This document shows, in pieces, positions 38,001 through 48,299 of a DNA stretch of 64,000 nt. Source of the stretch: Macrostomum lignano (lineage: Eukaryota); NCBI GenBank assembly GCA_002269645.1, contig NIVC01001119.1, positions 186,001 to 250,000 on the forward strand, given 5' to 3'. A program made the translations under genes and the position numbers. Position 1 is the first letter of the stretch; every line of letters begins with the position of its first letter. Under the pieces are notes generated by a model. That model worked only from the letters and a program-made list of their open reading frames with translations. It was not told the origin of the DNA and did not search any database.

Positions 38001-39825
38001 AATCAGGGATTGTGTCGGGGTTGCAGTGTTGCAATAATCAGGGATTGTGTCGGGGTTGCAGTGTTGCAATAATCAGGGATTGTGTCGGGGTTGCAGTGTT
38101 GCAGTAATCAGGGATTGTGTCGGGGTTGCAGTGTTGCAATAATCAGGGATTGTAGCGGGGTTGCAGTGTTGCAGTAATCAGGGACTGTAGCAGGGTTGCA
38201 GTGTTGCAATAATCAGGGACTGTAGCAGGGTTGCAGTGTTGCAATAATCAGGGATTGTGTCGGGGTTGCAGTGTTGCAGTAATCAGGGATTGTGTCGGGG
38301 TTGCAGTGTTGCAATAATCAGGGATTGTAGCGGGGTTGCAGTGTTGCAGTAATCAGGGACTGTAGCAGGGTTGCAGTGTTGCAATAATCATGGACTGTAG
38401 CAGGGTTGCAGTGTTGCAATAATCAGGGATTGTGTCGGGGTTGCAGTGTTGCAGTAATCAGGGATTGTGTCGGGGTTGCAGTGTTGCAGTAATCAGGGAT
38501 TGTGTCGGGGTTGCAGTGTTGCAATAATCAGGGATTGTGTCGGGGTTGCAGTGTTGCAATAATCAGGGATTGTGTCGGGGTTGCAGTGTTGCAGTAATCA
38601 GGGATTGTGTCGGGGTTGCAGTGTTGCAATAATCAGGGATTGTGTCGGGGTTGCAGTGTTGCAGTAATCAGGGATTGTGTCGGGGTTGCAGTGTTGCAGT
38701 AATCAGGGATTGTGTCGGGGTTGCAGTGTTGCAGTAATCAGGGATTGTGTCGGGGTTGCAGTGTTGCAGTAATCAGGGATTGTGTCGGGGTTGCAGTGTT
38801 GCAGTAATCAGGGATTGTGTCGGGGTTGCAGTGTTGCAGTAATCAGGGATTGTGTCGGGGTTGCAGTGTTGCAGTAATCAGGGATTGTGTCGGGGTTGCA
38901 GTGTTGCAGTAATCAGGGATTGTGTCGGGGTTGCAGTGTTGCAGTAATCAGGGATTGTGTCGGGGTTGCAGTGTTGCAGTAATCAGGGATTGTGTCGGGG
39001 TTGCAGTGTTGCAGTAATCAGGGATTGTGTCGGGGTTGCAGTGTTGCAGTAATCAGGGATTGTGTCGGGGTTGCAGTGTTGCAGTAATCAGGGATTGTAG
39101 CGGGGTTGCAGTGTTGCAGTAATCAGGGATTGTAGCGGGGTTGCAGTGTTGCAGTAATCAGGGATTGTAGCGGGGTTGCAGTGTTGCAGTAATCAGGGAT
39201 TGTAGCGGGGTTGCAGTGTTGCAGTAATCAGGGATTGTAGCGGGGTTGCAGTGTTGCAGTAATCAGGGATTGTAGCGGGGTTGCAGTGTTGCAGTAATCA
39301 GGGATTGTAGCGGGGTTGCAGTGTTGCAGTAATCAGGGATTGTAGCGGGGTTGCAGTGTTGCAGTAATCAGGGATTGTAGCGGGGTTGCAGTGTTGCAGT
39401 AATTAGGGATTGTAGCGGGGTTGCAGTGTTGCAGTAATCAGGGATTGTAGCGGGGTTGCAGTGTTGCAGTAATCAGGGATTGTAGCGGGGTTGCAGTGTT
39501 GCAGTAATCAGGGATTGTAGCGGGGTTGCAGTGTTGCAGTAATCAGGGATTGTAGCGGGGTTGCAGTGTTGCAGTAATCAGGGATTGTAGCGGGGTTGCA
39601 GTGTTGCAATAATCAGGGATTGTGTCGGGGTTGCAGTGTTGCAGTAATCAGGGATTGTGTCGGGGTTGCAGTGTTGCAGTAATCAGGGATTGTAGCGGGG
39701 TTGCAGTGTTGCAGTAATCAGGGATTGTAGCGGGGTTGCAGTGTTGCAATAATCAGGGATTGTGTCGGGGTTGCGGTGTTGCAATAATCAGGGATTGTAG
39801 CGGGGTTGCAGTGTTGCAGTAATCA
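35022..39825. repeat. 4.8-kb 35-bp satellite, about 137 copies, with higher-order variant structure
   Basis: Unit GCAGTAATCAGGGATTGTGTCGGGGTTGCAGTGTT. Confidence 0.99.
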
Positions 39826-40016
39826 AGGCAATTAATACACGTGCCGTTAATGGTACGCTCGTATTTAGCTCATTGCATCACAATGTGAGAATCAAAAAGC
39901 CTTTTAAAAATAAATTTCGTTGGAATTTATGTACCGTTGCGTAAGAATAAAAGTAGAAAGATACAGAAAACTGGTTTTGGCTGCCCTGAGCAGTTAGTTC
40001 AAGCCGGGGTGACACA

Positions 40017-41045
40017 ATGTCCCATAGTGACGAGGGTGCGGAGACCGCCAAAGCGGCCAGTTGGGTCGAGTTTTTTGCCGACCAACCGCAGAACAAGCTG
40101 CGAGTGTTCGACTGGTCAGTGTCCGGCTTTGAGACTTGCATAGTAGTCCACGGTCCCAGCTTTCGTCTGGCGCTGGACATTGGCGCCTGTCCGCCGCAGG
40201 CAATCAGCGCCGATCACGTGTTCATTAGTCACGGTCACGTGGACCATTGCGGAGCACTGCACCAGCACATGCGCCGGCGTCAACTGGTAGGCCTACCACC
40301 AGCTACGTACTACGTGCCGGGGCATCTGGTCCAGCCGCTGATTGACATTGCTCGGCTATTCAGCGTCGTACATGGCGACGAAGACGAGGACAACGAAGGA
40401 GGTTCTGCGAAACTGTCGACGAAAGATAAAAAATCCAAGAAAGAGGATGCCACTGTCGCAGACGGTGCCTCAGCCGAAGCTGGGAGTGACGAAATAAAAA
40501 TCTACGGCAAAATTGTAGCCGCTACTCCGGGTGACGATCTGCAACTGTCAAAGAATCTTCGCATTCGTCCGTTCGCCACAGATCATCGAGTACCCAGCAT
40601 TGGCTGTCTGGTGTACTGCAAGCGCAGCCAGTTGCTACCCAAATATGCCGGCCTGCCGGGTGCGGAACTTGCCGAACTGGCTCGCAACGGGGAACAGTTA
40701 CGAGAGGCTCGGTGGGAACCCGCTATCGGCTATACAGGGGATACCAGATTCACTGTTCTAGCGTGTCCTCCCGAACCCGACCTGCTCAAGGTTAGACTGC
40801 TAGTCTGCGAGCTAACCTACGTTGAAGGGCCGACAGATACAGCTGAGAAATACGGTCATTGTCATTTGCACGATTTCTCGTCGCGTGCAAATCTGTTTGA
40901 CAATGTTGGCCAGCTGTTGTTTGTGCACTTTAGTAGGCGGCACTCGCCTGACCAAGTGATTAACGCTGTGCTGACTTCGCTGCCAGAGGAGCTACGGTCT
41001 AAGGTCTACTGCGGACTCAATGCTCTGCGGTTCTACCGTTCCTGA
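40017..41045 (+). CDS. TM-type short-form tRNase Z, paralogue 2, intronless, 342 aa
   Basis: WSVSGFET, SHGHVDH, TDHRVPSIG, GYTGDT, CELT, GHCH and VHFSRRH motifs; AATAAA at about 41080. Confidence 0.85.
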   Translation: MSHSDEGAETAKAASWVEFFADQPQNKLRVFDWSVSGFETCIVVHGPSFRLALDIGACPPQAISADHVFISHGHVDHCGALHQHMRRRQLVGLPPATYYVPGHLVQPLIDIARLFSVVHGDEDEDNEGGSAKLSTKDKKSKKEDATVADGASAEAGSDEIKIYGKIVAATPGDDLQLSKNLRIRPFATDHRVPSIGCLVYCKRSQLLPKYAGLPGAELAELARNGEQLREARWEPAIGYTGDTRFTVLACPPEPDLLKVRLLVCELTYVEGPTDTAEKYGHCHLHDFSSRANLFDNVGQLLFVHFSRRHSPDQVINAVLTSLPEELRSKVYCGLNALRFYRS

Positions 41046-41276
41046 ATGATACTGACTTATTTTACTATTCTATTAGTACAATAAATAAAGTTTATACTGA
41101 TGTTTTGCCTTTGTTTTCTCAGACAGTTTTTAATAAAAAGTTTTAAACATCGTGTCTTTGATTAATTCAACTTTCTATTTTACAAACTAAACTGTAAAAA
41201 TTTCAGCTAGAATTTCACTGCCGTAGCTACAAAACTGAGCTGATTTCGATTCGGAGCTGCACTCCAAACATTAATT

Positions 41277-41597
41277 ATGACTGCCGAGGTTAAACATGCT
41301 GCGGGGTTGGACAGCCGGCAGCCTCCTATGAAAGAGGTGGGTTTTTTGCACTTTCTGTAGGAGTGGCCTGTTGTGTGCCTTGTCTGTCTGCCCTGTCCTA
41401 TTCTGTCTGTCTGTTCTGTCTGCCCTGTCCTATTCTGTCTGTCTGTTCTGTCTGCCCTGTCCTGTTCTGTCTGTCTGTTCTGTCTGCCCTGTCCTGTTCT
41501 GTCTGTCTGTTCTGTCTGTCCTGTCCTGTTCTGTCTGTGTTCTGTCTGGTTGTCTGTCTGTCTGTCTGTCTGTCTGTTCTGTCTGTGTTCTGTCTGG

Positions 41598-41629
<32 letters not shown>

Positions 41630-41855
41630 TCTGTCTGTGTGTTCTGTCCTGTCCTGTTCTGTCTGTCTGTCTGTTGTCTGTCTGTCCTGTCCTGTTCTGT
41701 CTGTGTTCTGTCTGTTCTGTCCTGTTCTGTCTGTGTTCTGTCTGGTTGTCTGTCTGTCTGTCTGTCTGTTCTGTCTGTGTGTTCTGCCCTGTCCTGTTCT
41801 GTCTGTCTGTCTGTTGTCTGTCTGTCCTGTCCTGTTCTGTCTGTGTTCTGTCTGG

Positions 41856-41929
<74 letters not shown>

Positions 41930-41946
41930 GGTTGTCTGTCTGTCTT

Positions 41947-42014
<68 letters not shown>

Positions 42015-45000
42015 CCTGTCCTGCAGACCTGCATGATCCACCTTACTACTCCATTTGCATTCCATCCCAGCTGCAATTCGCTGTCAACATGACCTGTCAA
42101 TCATGCGCCGACTCGGTCAGTCGAGTTCTATCCAGTCACCAGCCGGCAAGCGACTTCGCGGACATCCGAATTCAACTGACTGAACAGCAGGTCATCCTGC
42201 GCACTTCGCTGCACGTTGACTCAGTGCTGGAGCTGCTGGAGACCACCGGCTGTCGGGCTGTGCTGCAAGGCGTTGGCACAGCCAGCCAGGGCATGCGGGG
42301 TCAGGACTTCGCATCTGGCGTCGTACAATTGGAATCAGTTTATACTACTAATACTAGTAGTGTCCAGGGAGTAGTTCGAATTTTGCAGCCAGACGATCAG
42401 CAGTGCCTGTTCGATGGCACAGTGGACGGTCTGGAGCGCGACAGTTGGTACAGCCTCGAGGTCCGTCAGGGCGGTGATCTGTCTGGGGGGTCTGACACAT
42501 GTGGTCCGGTGTATAATGACGGCTCTGATGATGCACAGGTGCGTTCTGTGTTATATATCCCTGTTTTTGTCTGTCTGCATCTTGGGGTGTACGCTCTCTC
42601 ACCTTACAGCATTCGCTCTCTCACCTTACAGCATCCGCTCTCTCACCTTACAGCATCCGCTCTCTCACCTTACAGCATTCGCTCTCTCACCTTACAGCAT
42701 CCGCTCTCTCACCTTACAGCATCCGCTCTGTCACCTTACAGCATCCGCTCTCTCACCTTACAGCATCCGCTCTCTCACCTTACAGCATCCGCTCTCTCAC
42801 CTTACAGCATTCGCTCTCTCACCTTACAGCATCCGCTCTCTCACCTTACAGCATCCGCTCTGTCACCTTACAGCATCCGCTCTCTCACCTTACAGCATCC
42901 GCTCTCTCACCTTACAGCATCCGCTCTCTCACCTTACAGCATCCGCTCTCTCACCTTACAGCATCCGCTCTCTCACCTTACAGCATCCGCTCTCTCACCT
43001 TACAGCATCCGCTCTCGCACCTTACAGCATCAGCTTCCTCATCAGTTACAGCATCCGCTCCCTCATCAGTTACAGCATCAGCTTCCTCATCAGTTACAGC
43101 ATCCGCTCCCTCATCAGTTACAGCATCTGCTTCCTCATCAGTTACAGCATCCGCTCCCTCATCAGTTACAGCATCTGCTTCCTCATCAGTTACAGCATCC
43201 GCCCAGTATCTGTCAGCATCTGTCTCATGTTGCAAACTGAAAAAATATCTGATAGAGTTATTTCTGTAGACAAGGTTTAGCTATAAATGTTTTCAGCCTG
43301 CCGAAAAGACATTTATATACATAGAAACATACAAAAAATCAACTAACAACAGCGTCTCCATGGCAACTCAAATGCCTACGGCCTGACCAGCGTGCTAGCG
43401 GACGAGTTGACCTGCCCGCGGCCTCATCTAGTCCCAGTCGCCTCAGGTTTCCTATCCAACGATTTGCGACCGCTAAGCGGCTTGCAAAAGTTTCTGGCCG
43501 CTAATTTTCCCGCCCCAGACTTGCGGCATCTGAAGCGGGCCGCCCCGGCCGCCTCCGCGCCTGACTGCAGTCGCCGATTTCGCGTTCTCCTTTGCCACGC
43601 CGCCGACTTACCTAATTTGGAATGTTCTGAAGAATTTTCAACGATTTGGAGACCTAAATTAGATAGCGTAGAAATTGTTATGGCGCCGGGTAGTGCGCCG
43701 CGTACCAGGCGACAATGGGAGCTCACTTCCGGTTATTGGCCCTGCTCGTTTCATGCTGACAAGTCTATCGAATCGGAGCTGTCGTTGGATTGCTTTACTA
43801 AAGCTGAAGGTGTCGCTTGTCTGAGGCATATGCTGCGCTCGCTGGCTCTCGGTCGAACTTCCGGTTCTGCGTCTGCCGATACTTCCGGTCTGAAACCCGC
43901 ATCCACTTCCGGTTCCACGTCTGCTGATACTTTCGGCCTGAAACCCGCTTTCATTTCCGGAGCCGCGTCTACCGATACTTCCGGTCTGAAACCCGGTTCC
44001 ACGTCTGCTGATACTTCCGGTCTGAAACCCGGTTCCACGTCTGCTGATACTTCCGGTCTGAAACCCGGTTCCACGTCTGCTGATACTTCCAGTCTGAAAC
44101 CCGGTTCCACGTCTGCTGATACTTCCGGTCTGAAACCCGGTTCCACGTCTGCTGATACTTCCAGTCTGAAACCCGGTTCCACGTCTGCTGATACTTCCGG
44201 TCTGAAACCCGGTTCCACGTCTGCTGATACTTCCAGTCTGAAACCCGGTTCCACGTCTGCTGATACTTCCGGTCTGAAACCCGGTTCCACGTCTACCGCT
44301 ACTTCCGGTCTGAAACCTCCTTCCGCTTCCGGTTCCGCGCCTGCTGATACTTCCTGTCTGAAACCCGCTTCCACTTCCGGTCCTGCATCCGCTTCATCTT
44401 CTTCTGCATTCGCCGCTCTGCGCCTCCCAGTCCCCCAATCGGCCTGTCTAATCGTGGACCCTCGCACCGACACAGTGCTGGTGGAATGCCAAGACGAGCG
44501 CCGCCTCTGCCCGACCTGGCACGCCACCCTCCGGGCCGTCCAACAGCTGGGCGGCCGAGGCGACTACCTGTGCACCGGCCTGGACGCTTACGTCACCGAC
44601 GAGCCGTGCCACATGTGCGCTATGGCGCTGCTGCACTCCCGGGTGGCTCGGGTTTTCTACTGCCGACCGAGGCCGCGCGGCGCCCTCGGCAGCATCGCCA
44701 AACTGCACTGCCATCCGCGATTGAATCATCGGTTCCGCGTGTACCGACTTTTCCCTCTGAGTGCGGCTCGAACTGGGGAGAGTTGACGGTTGGATTGCGA
44801 TTCTTGCTTGCTCTTTAACCTGGCCCTTTGTCGGCCACCGTTGTCCTTCAGTTGGTGTAGCTACCCTTCAGTTGGTGTAGCAACCCTTCAGTTGGTGTAG
44901 CAACCCTTCAGTTGGTGTACCTACCCTTCAGTTGGTGTACCTACCCTTCCGTTGGTGTAGCAACCCTTCAGTTGGTGTACCTACCCTTCAGTTGGTGTAC

Positions 45001-45571
45001 CTACCCTTCCGTTGGTGTAAGCAACCCTTCAGTTTTTCCACTACCCAGTCTACCCTGTACCCTAATCTTCTGCGTTCTACTTTGTTCTCCTGCGCATAAA
45101 TCTATGGCATAAATAAAAGCCAATTGAAGTGAAATAATGGACGCCTGCATTTATAGCATTTTGTCTCGCTTCTTATTGGGACACTTTAAAACAAGTAATG
45201 CAAATTTTTGTTGCAATGTGCGTATCATACTACTTTTTCGTTAGTTATTTTTTTCAATCAATCCTTCCCAGTCTGACGATCCCTCCGGACTGGTCGGTCG
45301 AGTTTACACTGGGCCGAGTGGGCGGCTTCGATTCAGCTTGATTTCGAATCGACTTCGCTTATGGAATCTTGTGGGCCGCTGCCTCACAGTCAGCAAGTCT
45401 GCCGGTTGCAGCGAGAACGTCTGCGCCGCTGGCATTGTGGCGCGATCTGCAGGGCTATTCGCCAACGACAAACGAATCTGCTCCTGCGATGGCGTTGAAA
45501 TTTGGAGCGAACGCGACGTGCCATCGGTTGGGGCTGGTAGAGCCGCTGCTGCGGCCGCTTTGAAAAAGTGA
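41277..45571 (+). CDS. CCS: Copper chaperone for superoxide dismutase, 3 exons, about 275 aa
   Basis: Exons 41277-41336, 42071-42538 and 45272-45571, all phase 0. HMA domain [12 protein letters not shown], a SOD-like domain, and domain [13 protein letters not shown]...RICSCDG (CxC). Confidence 0.9.
41375..42020. repeat. Compound (TCTG)n/CCTGT microsatellite in CCS intron 1
   Basis: Source of the long CLSV and TDRQ pseudo-ORFs. Confidence 0.97.
42590..43200. repeat. 22-bp (CATCCGCTCTCTCACCTTACAG) then 24-bp (CATCAGCTTCCTCATCAGTTACAG) minisatellites in CCS intron 2
   Basis: Direct inspection. Confidence 0.95.
43353..44786 (+). CDS. ADAT3: tRNA adenosine deaminase subunit ADAT3 (Tad3), nested in CCS intron 2
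   Basis: N-domain SVLADE...PDLRHLKR and YWPCSFH; deaminase domain with HATL (no catalytic Glu), [23 protein letters not shown] and GALGS...LNHRF. Own AATAAA at 45112. Confidence 0.92.
   Translation, partial: RLHGNSNAYGLTSVLADELTCPRPHLVPVASGFLSNDLRPLSGLQKFLAANFPAPDLRHLKRAAPAASAPDCSRRFRVLLCHAADLPNLECSEEFSTIWRPKLDSVEIVMAPGSAPRTRRQWELTSGYWPCSFHADKSIESELSLDCFTKAEGVACLRHMLRSLALGRTSGSASADTSGLKPASTSGSTSADTFGLKPAFISGAASTDTSGLKPGSTSADTSGLKPGSTSADTSGLKPGSTSADTSSLKPGSTSADTSGLKPGSTSADTSSLKPGSTSADTSGLKPGSTSADTSSLKPGSTSADTSGLKPGSTSTATSGLKPPSASGSAPADTSCLKPASTSGPASASSSSAFAALRLPVPQSACLIVDPRTDTVLVECQDERRLCPTWHATLRAVQQLGGRGDYLCTGLDAYVTDEPCHMCAMALLHSRVARVFYCRPRPRGALGSIAKLHCHPRLNHRFRVYRLFPLSAARTGES
44830..45030. 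repeat. About 20-bp minisatellite (CCCTTCAGTTGGTGTAGCAA) in the ADAT3 3' region
   Basis: Direct inspection. Confidence 0.9.
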
Positions 45572-45809
45572 ATGCATTCAGTCTGACGATATGTATCGAA
45601 ATAATATTTTTATTGCACTTTAAAAATTTATGAGCTTTGCTCTGCAGGAAACTTGAGTACGAGTGATTATTTTACAAGCGTACAAATTAGATCTTATGTG
45701 GCCGTTATGTATCGGAAATTGTCTAGTTACTTAAAATCGTTATCAGAATTGATTTAACTTGCAGCCTAATTTTATATGCCACTGCCACCATTTGGAGTCG
45801 GATTTGGAA

Positions 45810-47375
45810 AATTTTTTATCTCAAGGGTCAGGGAAAGAAAACAGAGCATGGCTGCGGGCCAGAGGAGGGGAGAAAGGAGATAGAGGAATAAGAGGAGAGG
45901 AGATGAAAGATAAAATAGGAGAGAAGGAAAGGGAGAGCTGATGAAGGAGATTAGAGAGAGTAGAGAAGGAAAGGGAGAGCTGATGAAGGAGATTAGAGAG
46001 AGTAGAGAAGAGAGAGGAGTGGAGAGAAGGGAAGGGAGAGGAGAGGAGAGAAGGGAAGGGAGAGGAAAGGAGAGAAGGGAATGGAGAGGAGAGAAGGGAA
46101 GTGAATGGAGAGGAGAGGAGAGAAGGGAATGGAGAGGAGAGGAGAGGAGGGAGAGGAGAAGAGGGAAGGGAGAGGAGAGGAGAGAAGGGAATGGAGAGGA
46201 GAGGAGGGAAGTGAATGGAGAGGAGAGGAGAGAAGGGAAGGGAGAGGAGAGAAGGGAAGGGAGAGGAGAGAAGGGAATGGAGAGGAGTGGAGAGGAGGGA
46301 AGGGAGAAGAGAGGAGGGAAGGGAGAGGAGAGGAGGGAGAGGAGAAGAGAGAAGGGAATGGAGAGGAGAAGAGAGAAGGGAATGGAGAGGAGTGGAGAGG
46401 AGGGAAGGGAGAGGAGAGAAGGGAATGGAGAGGAGAGGAGGGAAGTGAATGGAGAGGAGAGGAGAGAAGGGAAGGGAGAGGAGAGAAGGGAATGGAGAGG
46501 AGAGGAGGGAAGGGAGAGGAGAGAAGGGAATGGAGAGGAGAGGAGGGAAGTGAATGGAGAGGAGAGGAGAGAAGGGAAGGGAGAGGAGAGAAGGGAATGG
46601 AGAGGAGAGGAGAGAAGGGAATGGAGAGGAGAGGAGGGAAGTGAATGGAGAGGAGAGGAGAGAAGGGAAGGGAGAGGAGAGAAGGGAAGGGAGAGGAGAG
46701 AAGGGAATGGAGAGGAGTGGAGAGGAGGGAAGGGAGAGGAGAGGAGGGAAGGGAGAGGAGAGAAGGGAAGGGAGAGGAGAGAAGGGAATGGAGAGGAGAG
46801 GAGAGGAGAGGAGAGGAGGGAAGGGAGAGGAGAGAAGGGAGAGGAGAGGAGAGGAGGGAGAGGAGAAGAGAGAAGGGAGAGGAGAGAAGGGAATGGAGAG
46901 GAGAGGAGGGAAGTGAATGGAGAGGAGAGGAGAGAAGGGAATGGGGAGGAGAGGAGGGAAGTGAATGGAGAGGAGAGGAGAGAAGGGAAGGGAGAGGAGA
47001 GAAGGGAATGGAGAGGAGAGGAGAAGAGGGAAGGGAGAGGAGAGGAGAGGAGGGAGAGGAGAAGAGAGAAGGGAGAGGAGAGGAGGGAAGGGAGAGGAGA
47101 GGAGGGAAGGGAGAGGAGAGGAGAGGAGGGAAGGGAGAGGAGAGGAGGGAGAGGAGAAGAGAGAAGGGAATGGAGAGAAGAGAGAAGGGAATGGAGAGGA
47201 GTGGAGAGGAGGGAAGGGAGAGGAGAGAAGGGAATGGTGAGGAGAGGAGGGAAGGGAGAGGAGAGAAGGGAGCTGAGAAGAGACGTTCACCTTGAGCGGG
47301 CCGGATTGCTATTGTGAATTTTAAAATTAAAACCCGGATACAGAGGCTCTGCGGGCCGAAGTTTGAGGACCCCTG
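45810..47375 (+). mobile_element. GA-tract hAT MITE family copy with a polypurine expansion of about 1.4 kb
   Basis: CATGGCTGCGGGCCAGA left part; ACCTTGAGCGGGCCGGATTGCTATTGTGAA...GTTTGAGGACCCCTG right TIR; left TIR degenerate. Confidence 0.8.
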
Positions 47376-48299
47376 ATTCGAGCAATAATGTATCGTAAAA
47401 AATTCAGTCAAATATTTTCTAGAAAACCGGATCATTTTTTCCGATATGTATCGAAAGTAGTGTTTGTCAAGCGCAAATTACACAAAGCATTGAAGATAGA
47501 CTGACTTTCTTTGTTATAACGCGTCTATTTACGTGCTTCGACCGTACAGTTTTGCAACATTCATCAAAATAAAAGTGCATTCATATCCATTAACCAGCCA
47601 GAGAAATCTGGGCTTTCCAACACTGAAAATCCATACATATTGAACCACTCAAAAAACCACCTTTCTAGTTTGCATTAATTATCGAAATCTGCTGATAATA
47701 ACTTTAATCTGAAGTCGAGGAAGTGCTTGCTCAGCAAAATCAATCGTCTGTAGTGTAATGAGCTGTGATGGCTTTGTTACCGTGGCAACAAGTTCGGCGC
47801 ACATCTTTTATAGACTTCCAACCTTTGAGTGGCAGATTTTGTTGCATCAAATTTCTCCCAAAGGATTTCATGTTAAGTCTAAAGCAGAGATTTAAACAAT
47901 AGAAAATACCAGAGTGTTTGCTTTTGTAGACGAAAATTTGCTCATGTTAGATTCCAATCGATTGTAGATGTCTGAGCAGGCCACTAGATAGATGACTATT
48001 TAAATTTGCTTCTGTCTTTGCAACTGCAATCTGAATGTGAGCTATTCTAGCTCTGAAGCTGCAGCCTTCATCGATCGTTCAGGGACATTGCGTAAGATTA
48101 TCACTGCTATTTGTGCTTTCTTGTTATAATATTAAATTGTATAGTACATTGCATGGGGCAATAAATTTGCATTTTTGTCAATTATCGCAAAAATATGGTG
48201 CGCAGGCTGAGGCCCTTAAAATGAATAAATAGAGGTGCCCTGAAATGCTTAGAAGTGGCGCTATGAGGTGCTTAGATCTGGCGTCATGAGTTGCTTAGG

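Noticed and set aside
35022-39825. Possible CRISPR array (also 17525-17930 and 48300-50030)
   Set aside because: No unique spacers and no cas genes; the context is eukaryotic; these are tandem satellites or TE subrepeats.
41207-43280. 625-aa and TDRQ-repeat ORFs
   Set aside because: Read-through of intronic repeats; only 42071-42538 is a real CCS exon.
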